Assembly (NCBI GenBank): GCA_937885465.1
Contig: CAKZZM010000154.1
Location: forward strand, 7,760-71,759
DNA: 64,000 nt
Direction: 5' to 3'
Source of the DNA: an uncultured Bacteroidales bacterium
GTDB lineage: Bacteria > Bacteroidota > Bacteroidia > Bacteroidales > Paludibacteraceae
The translations under genes and the position numbers were made by a program. The notes under the pieces are model-generated. The model was not told the DNA's origin. It was given only the letters and a program-made list of their open reading frames with translations, and did no database searches. Below, one piece after another: positions 51,823 to 59,378 of the stretch (positions are counted from its first letter, which is position 1; every line of letters starts with the position of its first letter).

Positions 51823-51947
51823 AAGTTGAAAGTGCGGGCAGAGCCCTAAAGTAGATGGTAGAGATGGTCTTTTCGACCGTCTCTCAAGGAAGTCAGGGCG
51901 GATTCCTAAAGTGGATGGTAGAGACGGTCTTTTCGACCGTCTCTCAA
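51786..51947. repeat. RepG heptamers (GAAAGTT x4) - RepC - RepB (51857-51887) - RepC-like - RepB (51917-51947)
   Basis: Read directly. One RepB copy has a G:T wobble (GAGATGGTC/GACCGTCTC). Confidence 0.92.
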
Positions 51948-51970
51948 AGAAGTAGAAATACGCTAATAGA

Positions 51971-52001
51971 AAAGCAGCGAAGTGTGCACTTCGCTGCTTT
52001 T
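51971..52001. terminator. bidirectional terminator-like hairpin between the CNNM gene and tRNA-Arg
   Basis: AAAGCAGCGAAGTGtgCACTTCGCTGCTTT (14-bp stem) with T-runs on both strands. Confidence 0.6.
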
Positions 52002-52007
52002 GTTATG

Positions 52008-52081
52008 TGATCCCGGTGGGACTCAAACCCACGACCTTCAGAACCGGAATCTGACGCTCTATTCAACTAAGCTACGGAACC
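52008..52081 (-). tRNA. tRNA-Arg (anticodon CCG)
   Basis: 74-nt cloverleaf folded by hand. Acceptor GGTTCCG/CGGGATC (two G:U pairs), D-stem GCTT/GAGC, anticodon stem TCAGA/TCTGA with loop TTCCGGT, 5-nt variable loop, T-stem GTGGG/CCCAC, discriminator A. CCA is not encoded. Confidence 0.85.
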
Positions 52082-52208
52082 ATAAGAACTCTCCCCTTTG
52101 TCGGGCGGAGGACTTATTCTTTCTTCTATATAACAAATGTGTTATACACCTTACTAAAGTTTCCTACTTATTTTGCCAAAAATTTTAATTTTTGGATAAT
52201 TGTGGGTA

Positions 52209-52260
52209 GTAGCGAACGTCTCCGAACGTTCAACGTAGTGGAGAACGTCTCCGAACGTTC
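52209..52260 (+). repeat. two RepA copies (52209, 52238)
   Basis: GTAGCGAACGTCTCCGAACGTTC and GTGGAGAACGTCTCCGAACGTTC. Confidence 0.95.
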
Positions 52261-52373
52261 AATTGTGGGTAATTGTTGACCAAAAACCAAAAAAAACGTA
52301 GTTTTTTCGCCAAATTCGTCTAATACGCCGACAAAAAAATAATAAGTTGTTGATTCTCTGATGTGGGAAACTT

Positions 52374-52448
52374 CAGTACCTTACTTGCTTCGGTCGCGAG
52401 CGGGGGTGCTCACGCTCCTATATCAATGCAAAGGTACTGTTTTTTTTT
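52374..52448. ncRNA. candidate small structured RNA (orientation unresolved)
   Basis: The 9-bp stem CAGTACCTT (52374-52382) / AAGGTACTG (52431-52439) encloses a 48-nt region with an internal GAGCG...CGCTC hairpin, followed by T9 (52440-52448). On the opposite strand the same 3-prime arm forms an exact -7 box TAccTTTG (52429-52436). Confidence 0.25.
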
Positions 52449-52477
52449 GAATAGTGCAAGAAAATAATTCAATTTTT

Positions 52478-52574
52478 GAACGTTTACAGACGTTCTCCAC
52501 AGCACTTATATCCGTCTTTATAAAGTCGGCATTGAATGCCGACTAAAGTCCGAACGTTCAGAGACGTTCTTCAC
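52478..52574. repeat. inverted RepA (52478) - RepD (52505-52543) - inverted RepA (52552-52574) overlapping the 3-prime end of the HMA gene
   Basis: Read directly. The stop codon of the minus-strand HMA gene (52558-52560) lies in the RepA loop. Confidence 0.92.
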
Positions 52575-52977
52575 TTTGCGGAATGGAGGCTCCGGAATCG
52601 GCATCGGTTTCCGTTTGTGTGTTCAGTTTTTGCTCTTTGGCAGGCGAAGTCGCGCTTGCATTTGTCTTGCTTTGTGTCAGTGCTTCTGTGGCGGCGGTAT
52701 TGACTGTGGCGGGTTTGCCGATGGCTTTGAACGCCTCTTGCAGGGTTCCGATATCGGTTTTGTTAGCATCATAGACAATGGTTACCTGCTTTTTGTCAAG
52801 GTCGCAGATGAGGTCTTTCACGCCTTTCTCAAAAGCGATATTTTTCTCTATTTTTTTGATGCAGGCATCGCAGTGTAGCTCTACATCGAACACGATTGTC
52901 CGTTTGTCTGTCTTAGCGGCAAAAAGAGTGCTAAGAGATAGGGCAATAGCACAGAGTGTTGTAAGGAAATAACGCAT
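52558..52977 (-). CDS. secreted heavy-metal-associated (HMA) domain protein
   Basis: Signal peptide MRYFLTTLCAIALSLSTLFA. HMA fold with a CxxC metal site (VELHCDACIKKIEKNI). Low-complexity tail. The last residues (SEERL) are encoded by RepA. Confidence 0.8.
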   Translation of the reverse strand: MRYFLTTLCAIALSLSTLFAAKTDKRTIVFDVELHCDACIKKIEKNIAFEKGVKDLICDLDKKQVTIVYDANKTDIGTLQEAFKAIGKPATVNTAATEALTQSKTNASATSPAKEQKLNTQTETDADSGASIPQSEERL

Positions 52978-52998
52978 AATATTCTGTTTTTTTAGTTT

Positions 52999-53051
52999 GA
53001 ACGTTCAGAGACGTTCTCCACTACCGTTGAACGTTCAGAGACGTTCTCCAC
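52999..53051 (-). repeat. two inverted RepA copies (period 30) between the TonB-dependent receptor and HMA genes
   Basis: GAACGTTCAGAGACGTTCTCCAC at 52999 and 53029. Confidence 0.95.
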
Positions 53052-53127
53052 TACGGCTGTGTTCAGTTTCTAAAATCCGTTAGTATCCGTGTGGAATAAA
53101 TAGTTAAAGTAATTTTTCGAAGTAACC

Positions 53128-55548
53128 TTAATCATCGTTTTTCTCAAGTGTCCAACGGAAGCCGAGATATACTTTCCAGCCTGTTATCGGTCCCCATGCC
53201 ATCGATGCGTCAAAATCTGTGCCGAAAGGTTTGTCGGCATCGATGATTGGATTTTCTTGTCGGAAGTTAGTCATGTTTTCTGCGCCGAGGTAGATAGAGC
53301 ATGTCCGGAAGTATTTTGTAACCTGCGCCATCAGTTGCGGATACCATTTGTAGTAAAGCGAGCCGTCTGCTTGCTCGCTGTATTGCGAAGAGCCTAAGTT
53401 TTGCAAGAAGTAAGTGTTAAAACCGTCGGGCATTCGTCCTCCGCCGTTGAACTGCGCAGTCAGGTCGAATTGCCACTTCTTCAGTGGCGTTTGGTAAGAA
53501 GTGGTGATGATGCCTTTCCACCTGTTGGTCAGTGGTTTGAGTCGCGTTACAGCCACGCTGCCGTCTGCCTCTGTCGCGTCTGCTTTCGAGGTGTAGTACG
53601 GCAGGGTGGTGAATGTCGTTTGGCGTGTGTCGGTATAGCGGAAGGCGGCAGTGAGAGTCCAACCGCGCAAAATCTCCATTGTCGCCTCTATCTGGGCATT
53701 ATGAGCAAATGAGCGACCGCCTATATCTGATATGTTGTAGAGCGTAACAGAGTGTGCGGAGCGGTCGAGGTCGGCAACAACGCAGTCGAAGAAATTAGTG
53801 AAATAATACTCGGCAGAGACGGATAACTCTCCGGATGCGGTAGGAATATGGAAAGTGGTGCTAACGCCCGTGTTAATTGCTCGCTCTTGGTTGGCAACAG
53901 GAATGTAAGTGGTATTAATCATTCGTGATGAAGGTAGCATAAAAGCATTGTCGGCAATTACATTAGGACTGCGATAGCCTAATCCTAAGGATGCTCTGAT
54001 GCTCCACCATTCCCACGGGCTATATCTGACATTCAGTCTCGGAGTGGCAAATATGCCGTAGCGAGAAGACCAATCGGCACGAACACCGCTCACGAGCGAT
54101 AGTTGTTCTTCCACTTTGAGTGAGTATTCTGCGAATATGCCCGGGGTAAACTCCTGCCGAGAGAGGTCTAATGTCGTTGAAGCTGCGATGGCTCCGCTAT
54201 TTCCGTACTCGAATATCTGTTCGTTATATTTATCGTAGTTAAAACTCAGACCTGTGGATAGCCGATGGTCGATATCGATATCCGAGTTTCCTCCTTCAAA
54301 ATTGGCTTGGCATATAGCATTGAGATAGGCGTTCCATTGTGAGGCATCCCATTGTCGCAGCCCGTAGGTGTTGTGCTGGTCGTGGTAGGATGCGGCGGCG
54401 ATGATGCCGACCGAACTGCCGGTCTCTTCGTCAAAGACGATGCCGTTTTTCAGAAATCCGTCGATGCGGTGTGTGCGTAAAGTGATGAGATAAGGATTAG
54501 AGAGCGTAGTGTTGCTGTTGTGGGTATGTCGTTGTCCTCCGTCGCGGGCATCATATAAGCCGCGAACAAAGGCTTGGAGGGTGTAGTCATGGTTTTTGTA
54601 AAACCAGCGGTTGGCGATATTGAGGTTGTTGCTCAGAGGCATATCAAGGAAGCCGTCTTTGTTGTCGTCCATCGGCAGTGAGCCGTTTTGATAATGCGCT
54701 AATATACCCGTATATAGTGATTGATGTTGTGCCTGAAGCGGGATATTCCAACCGCCTTCGACATTCAGTTCGGCATGCAGTTCGGAGTTAAGCATCACAT
54801 TAATAGCGACAGGGTCTTGTGTCTGAGGCTTGAGATATTCCACATTTATCTGCCCCGTGGTCGCTTCGTAGCCGTTTATAACGGACGAGGTACCTTTGCT
54901 GACCTGAATAGAATTCATCCATGGTCCCGGGATATATTCCATTCCGAAGTTTTGCGCCAATCCTCTCACGCCCGGCGTGTTTTCTGATAGCAGTTGCACA
55001 TAGGTGCCGCTTAGCCCGAGTAGGCGTATCGTCTTTGCTCCCGTTGCTGCATCGGCATACGCCACATCTACGGAGGCGTTTGTCTCGAACGCCTCGCTGA
55101 GGTTGCAGCATGCCGCCTTGCATAGTTCTTCGCTATTGAGCGTCTCTACATCGAAGGCGGCGGTACGAGATTTGAGGACGGCAGCGCGACGCTCTACTAT
55201 ATTAACCGTGTTCAATTCAATCATATCAGCGAGCACAAAAGTGACGGGAAGATTGCTTTGTGAGGGTTTAGAAGTACTTACGACTATTGTGTCGTTGATA
55301 TATCCGACATACGATGCTATGAGTTTGTCGGTAGAGTTGGCGGGTGCCGGTGGAATATTAAACTTGCCGTTGTCATCGGTCACGCCACCGATAGTAGTGC
55401 CTTCCCAAAAGACATTAGCACCGATAAGCGGCATACCGTTGAGGTCAAGTACCTCACCGGAAATCTGTTCTTCTACATTCGCGCTTAAAATGGTCTGCGC
55501 AAGAATGACGAGACAAGAGAGTAATATGGTCAGTTTTTTTCCGTACAT
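53128..55548 (-). CDS. TonB-dependent outer membrane receptor
   Basis: I prefer the ATG at 55548 (MYGKKLTILLSCLVILAQTILSA signal peptide). CarboxypepD_reg-like domain (ISGEVLDLNGMPLIGANVFWEGTTIGGVTDDNGKFNI), plug, and a long beta-barrel ending in an aromatic-rich C-terminus (GWKVYLGFRWTL). Confidence 0.88.
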   Translation of the reverse strand: MYGKKLTILLSCLVILAQTILSANVEEQISGEVLDLNGMPLIGANVFWEGTTIGGVTDDNGKFNIPPAPANSTDKLIASYVGYINDTIVVSTSKPSQSNLPVTFVLADMIELNTVNIVERRAAVLKSRTAAFDVETLNSEELCKAACCNLSEAFETNASVDVAYADAATGAKTIRLLGLSGTYVQLLSENTPGVRGLAQNFGMEYIPGPWMNSIQVSKGTSSVINGYEATTGQINVEYLKPQTQDPVAINVMLNSELHAELNVEGGWNIPLQAQHQSLYTGILAHYQNGSLPMDDNKDGFLDMPLSNNLNIANRWFYKNHDYTLQAFVRGLYDARDGGQRHTHNSNTTLSNPYLITLRTHRIDGFLKNGIVFDEETGSSVGIIAAASYHDQHNTYGLRQWDASQWNAYLNAICQANFEGGNSDIDIDHRLSTGLSFNYDKYNEQIFEYGNSGAIAASTTLDLSRQEFTPGIFAEYSLKVEEQLSLVSGVRADWSSRYGIFATPRLNVRYSPWEWWSIRASLGLGYRSPNVIADNAFMLPSSRMINTTYIPVANQERAINTGVSTTFHIPTASGELSVSAEYYFTNFFDCVVADLDRSAHSVTLYNISDIGGRSFAHNAQIEATMEILRGWTLTAAFRYTDTRQTTFTTLPYYTSKADATEADGSVAVTRLKPLTNRWKGIITTSYQTPLKKWQFDLTAQFNGGGRMPDGFNTYFLQNLGSSQYSEQADGSLYYKWYPQLMAQVTKYFRTCSIYLGAENMTNFRQENPIIDADKPFGTDFDASMAWGPITGWKVYLGFRWTLEKNDD

Positions 55549-55685
55549 TTGTTTGCAAGCGGACAGGTCGTACAACCGCCATCGCACGGTGTTGATTTTC
55601 TCTGCTCTCGGTAGATTGTCAGCACCATACCGCACACAGCGATTGCAATAATTACTATAACGATGATTTTCTCTATCATTTTGCG

Positions 55686-55693
55686 CAAAATTA
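55686..55693 (-). promoter_or_regulatory. -7 box TAatTTTG (minus strand) for the TonB-dependent receptor
   Basis: Plus-strand CAAAATTA at 55686-55693. Implies a 5-prime leader of about 130 nt. Confidence 0.4.
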
Positions 55694-55820
55694 CTGCTTT
55701 TTTTATAGTTAAGCAATAACTAAAAATAAGTAATTGCCGTTAAGCGGGTATCCCCTTATTTTGGTAGTGCTGAATTTTTTGCTTTGTTGTATTTTTCTTG
55801 CGCTGTTGAGAAAATTGTAG

Positions 55821-55828
55821 TACCTTTG
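55821..55828 (+). promoter_or_regulatory. -7 box TAccTTTG for the glycosyltransferase gene
   Basis: Exact TAnnTTTG match 46 nt upstream of the ATG at 55874. Confidence 0.45.
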
Positions 55829-55873
55829 CAATAACGCAATAATAATGTTTCTGCTTTCAGTGCCGGTTCTGTT

Positions 55874-57010
55874 ATGAAGGTTCTCTATCTTACGGAGTGG
55901 TATCCGCATCGTTATGATGCCATGTCAGGCTTGTTTGTTCACAAACACGCCGCGGCTTCTGTTGGTGCGGGGGTTGATGTATGTGTGCTGTACCTCTTTA
56001 ATGAGAAGAGCCAAAGGACGATGACCACGAACAGAGTAGGGATAGAGGTGGTTGAGCAGCTGACGGATGGCGTGCGTGAGGTGTACGTATATTATAATAA
56101 AGGTACATTTCTTTCGGCGTTGCGGCGAGGGTGGCGTGAGGTGCAGGAGAGGTGGGGGACGCCTGACCTTTGTCAGTTGAATGTGTTGACAAAGAATGTT
56201 CTTCTGCCGCTTTGGCTAAGGCTGACACGACATACACCTTATATAGTAGTTGAACATTGGTCGGGTTATCTGCCGCAGAATGGAAAGTTTGCAATGTCAA
56301 GTGTCGTGCATCGTTCGCTTGCTCGTTTGGCGGTAAGAAAAGCGTCAGCGGTGATGCCGGTGTCGGAAGTGTTGGAACGGTCGATGCGGGCGCAGGGGTT
56401 TAGCAATAAGCGATGGCTGAGGTTGAATAATGTGGTGGACGATATCTTTTACAATGTTGAGTGCCGTCCTCATAGCATCAAGTCGTTTCTTCATGTCAGT
56501 TGCTTTGATGAGCGGGCAAAGAATGTGCGAGGTCTGCTTAGGGCGGTAAGAATATTAGCAGATAAAAGGGATGATTTTCGGTTGGTGCTTGTCGGTACGG
56601 GTGTTGATTATGCTGATGTTCGGGAGTATGCCGAGTCGCTCGGTTTCCCGAGAGGTATGTTGCAGTGGAAGGGTGAGTTGCCTCTGGAGGGGGTGGCAGA
56701 GTGCTTTGCCGAAGCCGATGCTTTTGTGTTGTTTTCTAATTACGAGACGGCGGGCGTGGTACTTGCTGAGAGCCTTGCAGCAGGATGTCCGATAGTGAGT
56801 ACGCCTGTCGGTATTGCTCCTCAGATAATAACGGACAAAACAGGTGTCTTAGTGCCGATAGGCGACGAGTCTGCTTTGGCAGAAGCATTGGAAGGCGTGA
56901 TGACTGATGTGCGGGAGTTTGATAGGAAAGAGATGCGGAGGAGAGCGAATATCTATAGTTATGATAGTGTGGGGGACTGCCTACTTCGGGTTTATCAGTC
57001 GGTTATTTGA
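55874..57010 (+). CDS. glycosyltransferase family 4 (GT-B, group 1)
   Basis: 378 aa. N-terminus MKVLYLTEWYPHRYDAMSGLFVHKHA and the C-terminal E-x7-E-like region (FSNYETAGVVLAESLAAGCPIVSTPVG). Confidence 0.88.
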   Translation: MKVLYLTEWYPHRYDAMSGLFVHKHAAASVGAGVDVCVLYLFNEKSQRTMTTNRVGIEVVEQLTDGVREVYVYYNKGTFLSALRRGWREVQERWGTPDLCQLNVLTKNVLLPLWLRLTRHTPYIVVEHWSGYLPQNGKFAMSSVVHRSLARLAVRKASAVMPVSEVLERSMRAQGFSNKRWLRLNNVVDDIFYNVECRPHSIKSFLHVSCFDERAKNVRGLLRAVRILADKRDDFRLVLVGTGVDYADVREYAESLGFPRGMLQWKGELPLEGVAECFAEADAFVLFSNYETAGVVLAESLAAGCPIVSTPVGIAPQIITDKTGVLVPIGDESALAEALEGVMTDVREFDRKEMRRRANIYSYDSVGDCLLRVYQSVI

Positions 57011-57104
57011 GTGAAAAAATGCGAGAGAGAAGAAAAAAACAACTCGGCAATAAACAATATGTTATAGCAAAAAAGCAACTTTTTTTAAAAAAAAAGTCAT
57101 TGTG

Positions 57105-57136
57105 TTTGCTAATATAAGAAAAAATATGTAAATTTG
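57105..57136 (+). promoter_or_regulatory. promoter candidate TTTG-N20-TAaaTTTG for the TonB gene
   Basis: TTTG at 57105-57108 and TAAATTTG at 57129-57136, 37 nt upstream of the ATG at 57173. Confidence 0.5.
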
Positions 57137-57172
57137 CATCGATTTGCGAGAAAATTCAAATTGATTAGTACC

Positions 57173-57856
57173 ATGGATATCAAGAAATCAAAAGAAGCGA
57201 GTTTGGAAGATAAGAAGTTAACTTATCTTCTCTTAGGCTTTGTGTTTGTCCTTAGCATTTGCTATGTAGCGCTTGAATGGACGGAGAAAGAGGTTACCGT
57301 GTATGAGATTATCGATGAAGAGTTCCTTATTGAGGATGAGATCGAGATTCAGCAGACCACTCAGGACATTACTCCTCCGCCACCACCGGCACCCGTACAA
57401 GAGATTGAGGTGCTGACCGTTGTTGACGATGAGGTGGAGACGCAGCATATCGAGATTAACACAGAGGATGACAAGGATGTTGAGGTTGTTGTTGCAGCGC
57501 CGGTAGAGCAAGTTGTAGAAGACGAGGAGGTAGAGGAAGAGGTGTTCGTTGTGGTTGAGAAGATGCCGGAGTTCCCCGGTGGCCAAGCCGCTCTCTTCAA
57601 ATATCTATCCGAGAATGTTAAGTATCCCGTTATTGCACAGGAGAATGGTATTCAAGGGCGTGTCATCTGCCAATTCGTGGTGAACAAGGACGGCTCTATC
57701 GTTGATGTAGAGGTAGTCCGCACAGGTGGTGACCCGTCGCTTGACAAAGAGGCCGTCAGGGTTATCAAATCAATGCCTAAGTGGTCGCCCGGGCAACAGA
57801 GAGGTAAGGCTGTACGCGTTAAATATACCGTGCCGGTTAACTTCAAACTTCAATAA
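57173..57856 (+). CDS. energy transducer TonB family protein
   Basis: ATG at 57173 (the ORF-track start 57134 is a TTG). TM anchor, Pro/Glu-rich spacer (TPPPPPAPVQEIE...), and a TonB_C domain (FPGGQAALFKYLSENVKYPVIAQENGIQGRVICQFVVNKDGSIVD). Confidence 0.88.
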   Translation: MDIKKSKEASLEDKKLTYLLLGFVFVLSICYVALEWTEKEVTVYEIIDEEFLIEDEIEIQQTTQDITPPPPPAPVQEIEVLTVVDDEVETQHIEINTEDDKDVEVVVAAPVEQVVEDEEVEEEVFVVVEKMPEFPGGQAALFKYLSENVKYPVIAQENGIQGRVICQFVVNKDGSIVDVEVVRTGGDPSLDKEAVRVIKSMPKWSPGQQRGKAVRVKYTVPVNFKLQ

Positions 57857-58035
57857 GTAGAAAGTCGATAGTAAAAAGTCGATAGTAAAAGTCGAAAGCC
57901 CCGCAAACGCAAATCGTGTTCCGGCTTTCGACTTTCTTAATAGTGGAGAACGTCTCCGAACGTTCAAACTTTCAACTTTCAAACTTTCAACTTTCAACTT
58001 TCGGCTTTCAACTTTCAACTTTCAACTTTCAACTT
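57857..58035. repeat. RepG words and hairpin (57891-57932), RepA (57943-57965), then about 10 tandem heptamers ACTTTCA
   Basis: Read directly. GTCGAAAGCC...GGCTTTCGAC forms a 10-bp stem after the TonB stop. Confidence 0.9.
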
Positions 58036-58037
58036 AA

Positions 58038-59375
58038 ATGAAGCGATCGTTATGTATAGCAGTATTAACTTGTGTCCTATTTGCGAGTTGTTCGGTGGAA
58101 AGTGATACCTCTGCGCCTCAGCACTTGATATACGGTGCCGATGTGAGCGATGCTTTTTACTTGGACAGATTGCCGCTTATTGATTCTGCTTTTCAGCGTT
58201 ATGTCGATATGGAGGTGCTACCGCAGGCGGTGACGATGGTGGTGCATAAGGGTAGGGTGGTGCATTGCAAAGCCTTTGGATGGCGCGATAGGGAAAATAA
58301 TATACCTTGCAGGACTGACGATATTTTTCGTATTGCGTCTCAGACGAAAGCGATATCCGTTGTTGCTTTTATGACTCTTGTGGAGGAGGGACTTATTCAG
58401 CTTGACGAACCCGTTAAGAAGTACTTACCTGAATTTGCCTCTCCGCAAGTTTTAGTCAGTTATAGGGATGCCAATGGTCAATATACTGATATTGTTACTC
58501 GTCCGGCTAAGAGGGATATTACAATCCGCCACCTCATCACTCATACTTCAGGTATATGTTATGATGGCATTTTCGACCGTCTGCAATATGACTACGAAAT
58601 AGCGCCGCATAACACATTAGATAGTCTTACTCTCGCAGAGAATGTGCGTCATATTGCACAAATGCCCTTGCGTTGTGACCCCGGGGAGGAGTTTAACTAT
58701 TGCTACAACATCGATATTCTCGGGCGTATAGCAGAGGTTGTTACAGCCCAAGACTTTTATACCATTATCAAAGAGCGGGTACTTGACCCTTGTGATATGC
58801 GCGACACCTATTTTCTCGTGCCGCCTGAGAAGACCGACAGAGTGGTCAAACTATATTCTTACCTGAGAGATATGACCGATACCGATGCCTCTGCTTTGCC
58901 GCATAGCGATGCTCGTCTCGGGCGGCCGCAGGGACAGTTAGTCCTTTCTGATAATCAGTTATATCAGACTTTTCCTTACGCTGCAACCGGCACTTACTGC
59001 TCACCTTCGTCCGGACTATGCGGCACGATAGAAGATTATGCTAAGTTTTGCCAGATGATACTCAATGGAGGCACTTTCAATAATCGTCGAATAATAGGAC
59101 GCAAGACATTGGAGATGATGCAGAAAAACGGCGTGGGCAATATGCGGGGCGAGTTGGGATTCGGTATGGCGTGGGATGTGTTCCGACCTGAAAACGCGCA
59201 CAATACGGTTATTTCCGAAGGCTCAATGCGGTGGGGCGGGATGTTCGGCACCGATTATGTTATTGACCCGCAGGAAGAGTTACTTATTCTGCTCTACACC
59301 AACTGTCTGCCTAACCTATCCGGATATAATGCCAAGACGATGATGCATAATGTCACATATCAAGCCTTAAAATAA
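58038..59375 (+). CDS. serine hydrolase of the beta-lactamase/PBP4* family, lipoprotein
   Basis: Lipobox LFASCS. SxxK motif ASQTK. 445 aa. Confidence 0.85.
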   Translation: MKRSLCIAVLTCVLFASCSVESDTSAPQHLIYGADVSDAFYLDRLPLIDSAFQRYVDMEVLPQAVTMVVHKGRVVHCKAFGWRDRENNIPCRTDDIFRIASQTKAISVVAFMTLVEEGLIQLDEPVKKYLPEFASPQVLVSYRDANGQYTDIVTRPAKRDITIRHLITHTSGICYDGIFDRLQYDYEIAPHNTLDSLTLAENVRHIAQMPLRCDPGEEFNYCYNIDILGRIAEVVTAQDFYTIIKERVLDPCDMRDTYFLVPPEKTDRVVKLYSYLRDMTDTDASALPHSDARLGRPQGQLVLSDNQLYQTFPYAATGTYCSPSSGLCGTIEDYAKFCQMILNGGTFNNRRIIGRKTLEMMQKNGVGNMRGELGFGMAWDVFRPENAHNTVISEGSMRWGGMFGTDYVIDPQEELLILLYTNCLPNLSGYNAKTMMHNVTYQALK

Positions 59376-59378
59376 TCT

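Noticed and set aside
55549-55680. Possible cobalamin or TPP riboswitch in the leader of the TonB-dependent receptor (it contains GGTGCTGACAATCTACC and GC-rich stems).
   Set aside because: I could not find the B12 box (GCCACTG-type), the conserved cobalamin core, or the CTGAGA / ACCTGA elements of TPP riboswitches. The resemblance is too weak without a covariance-model scan.
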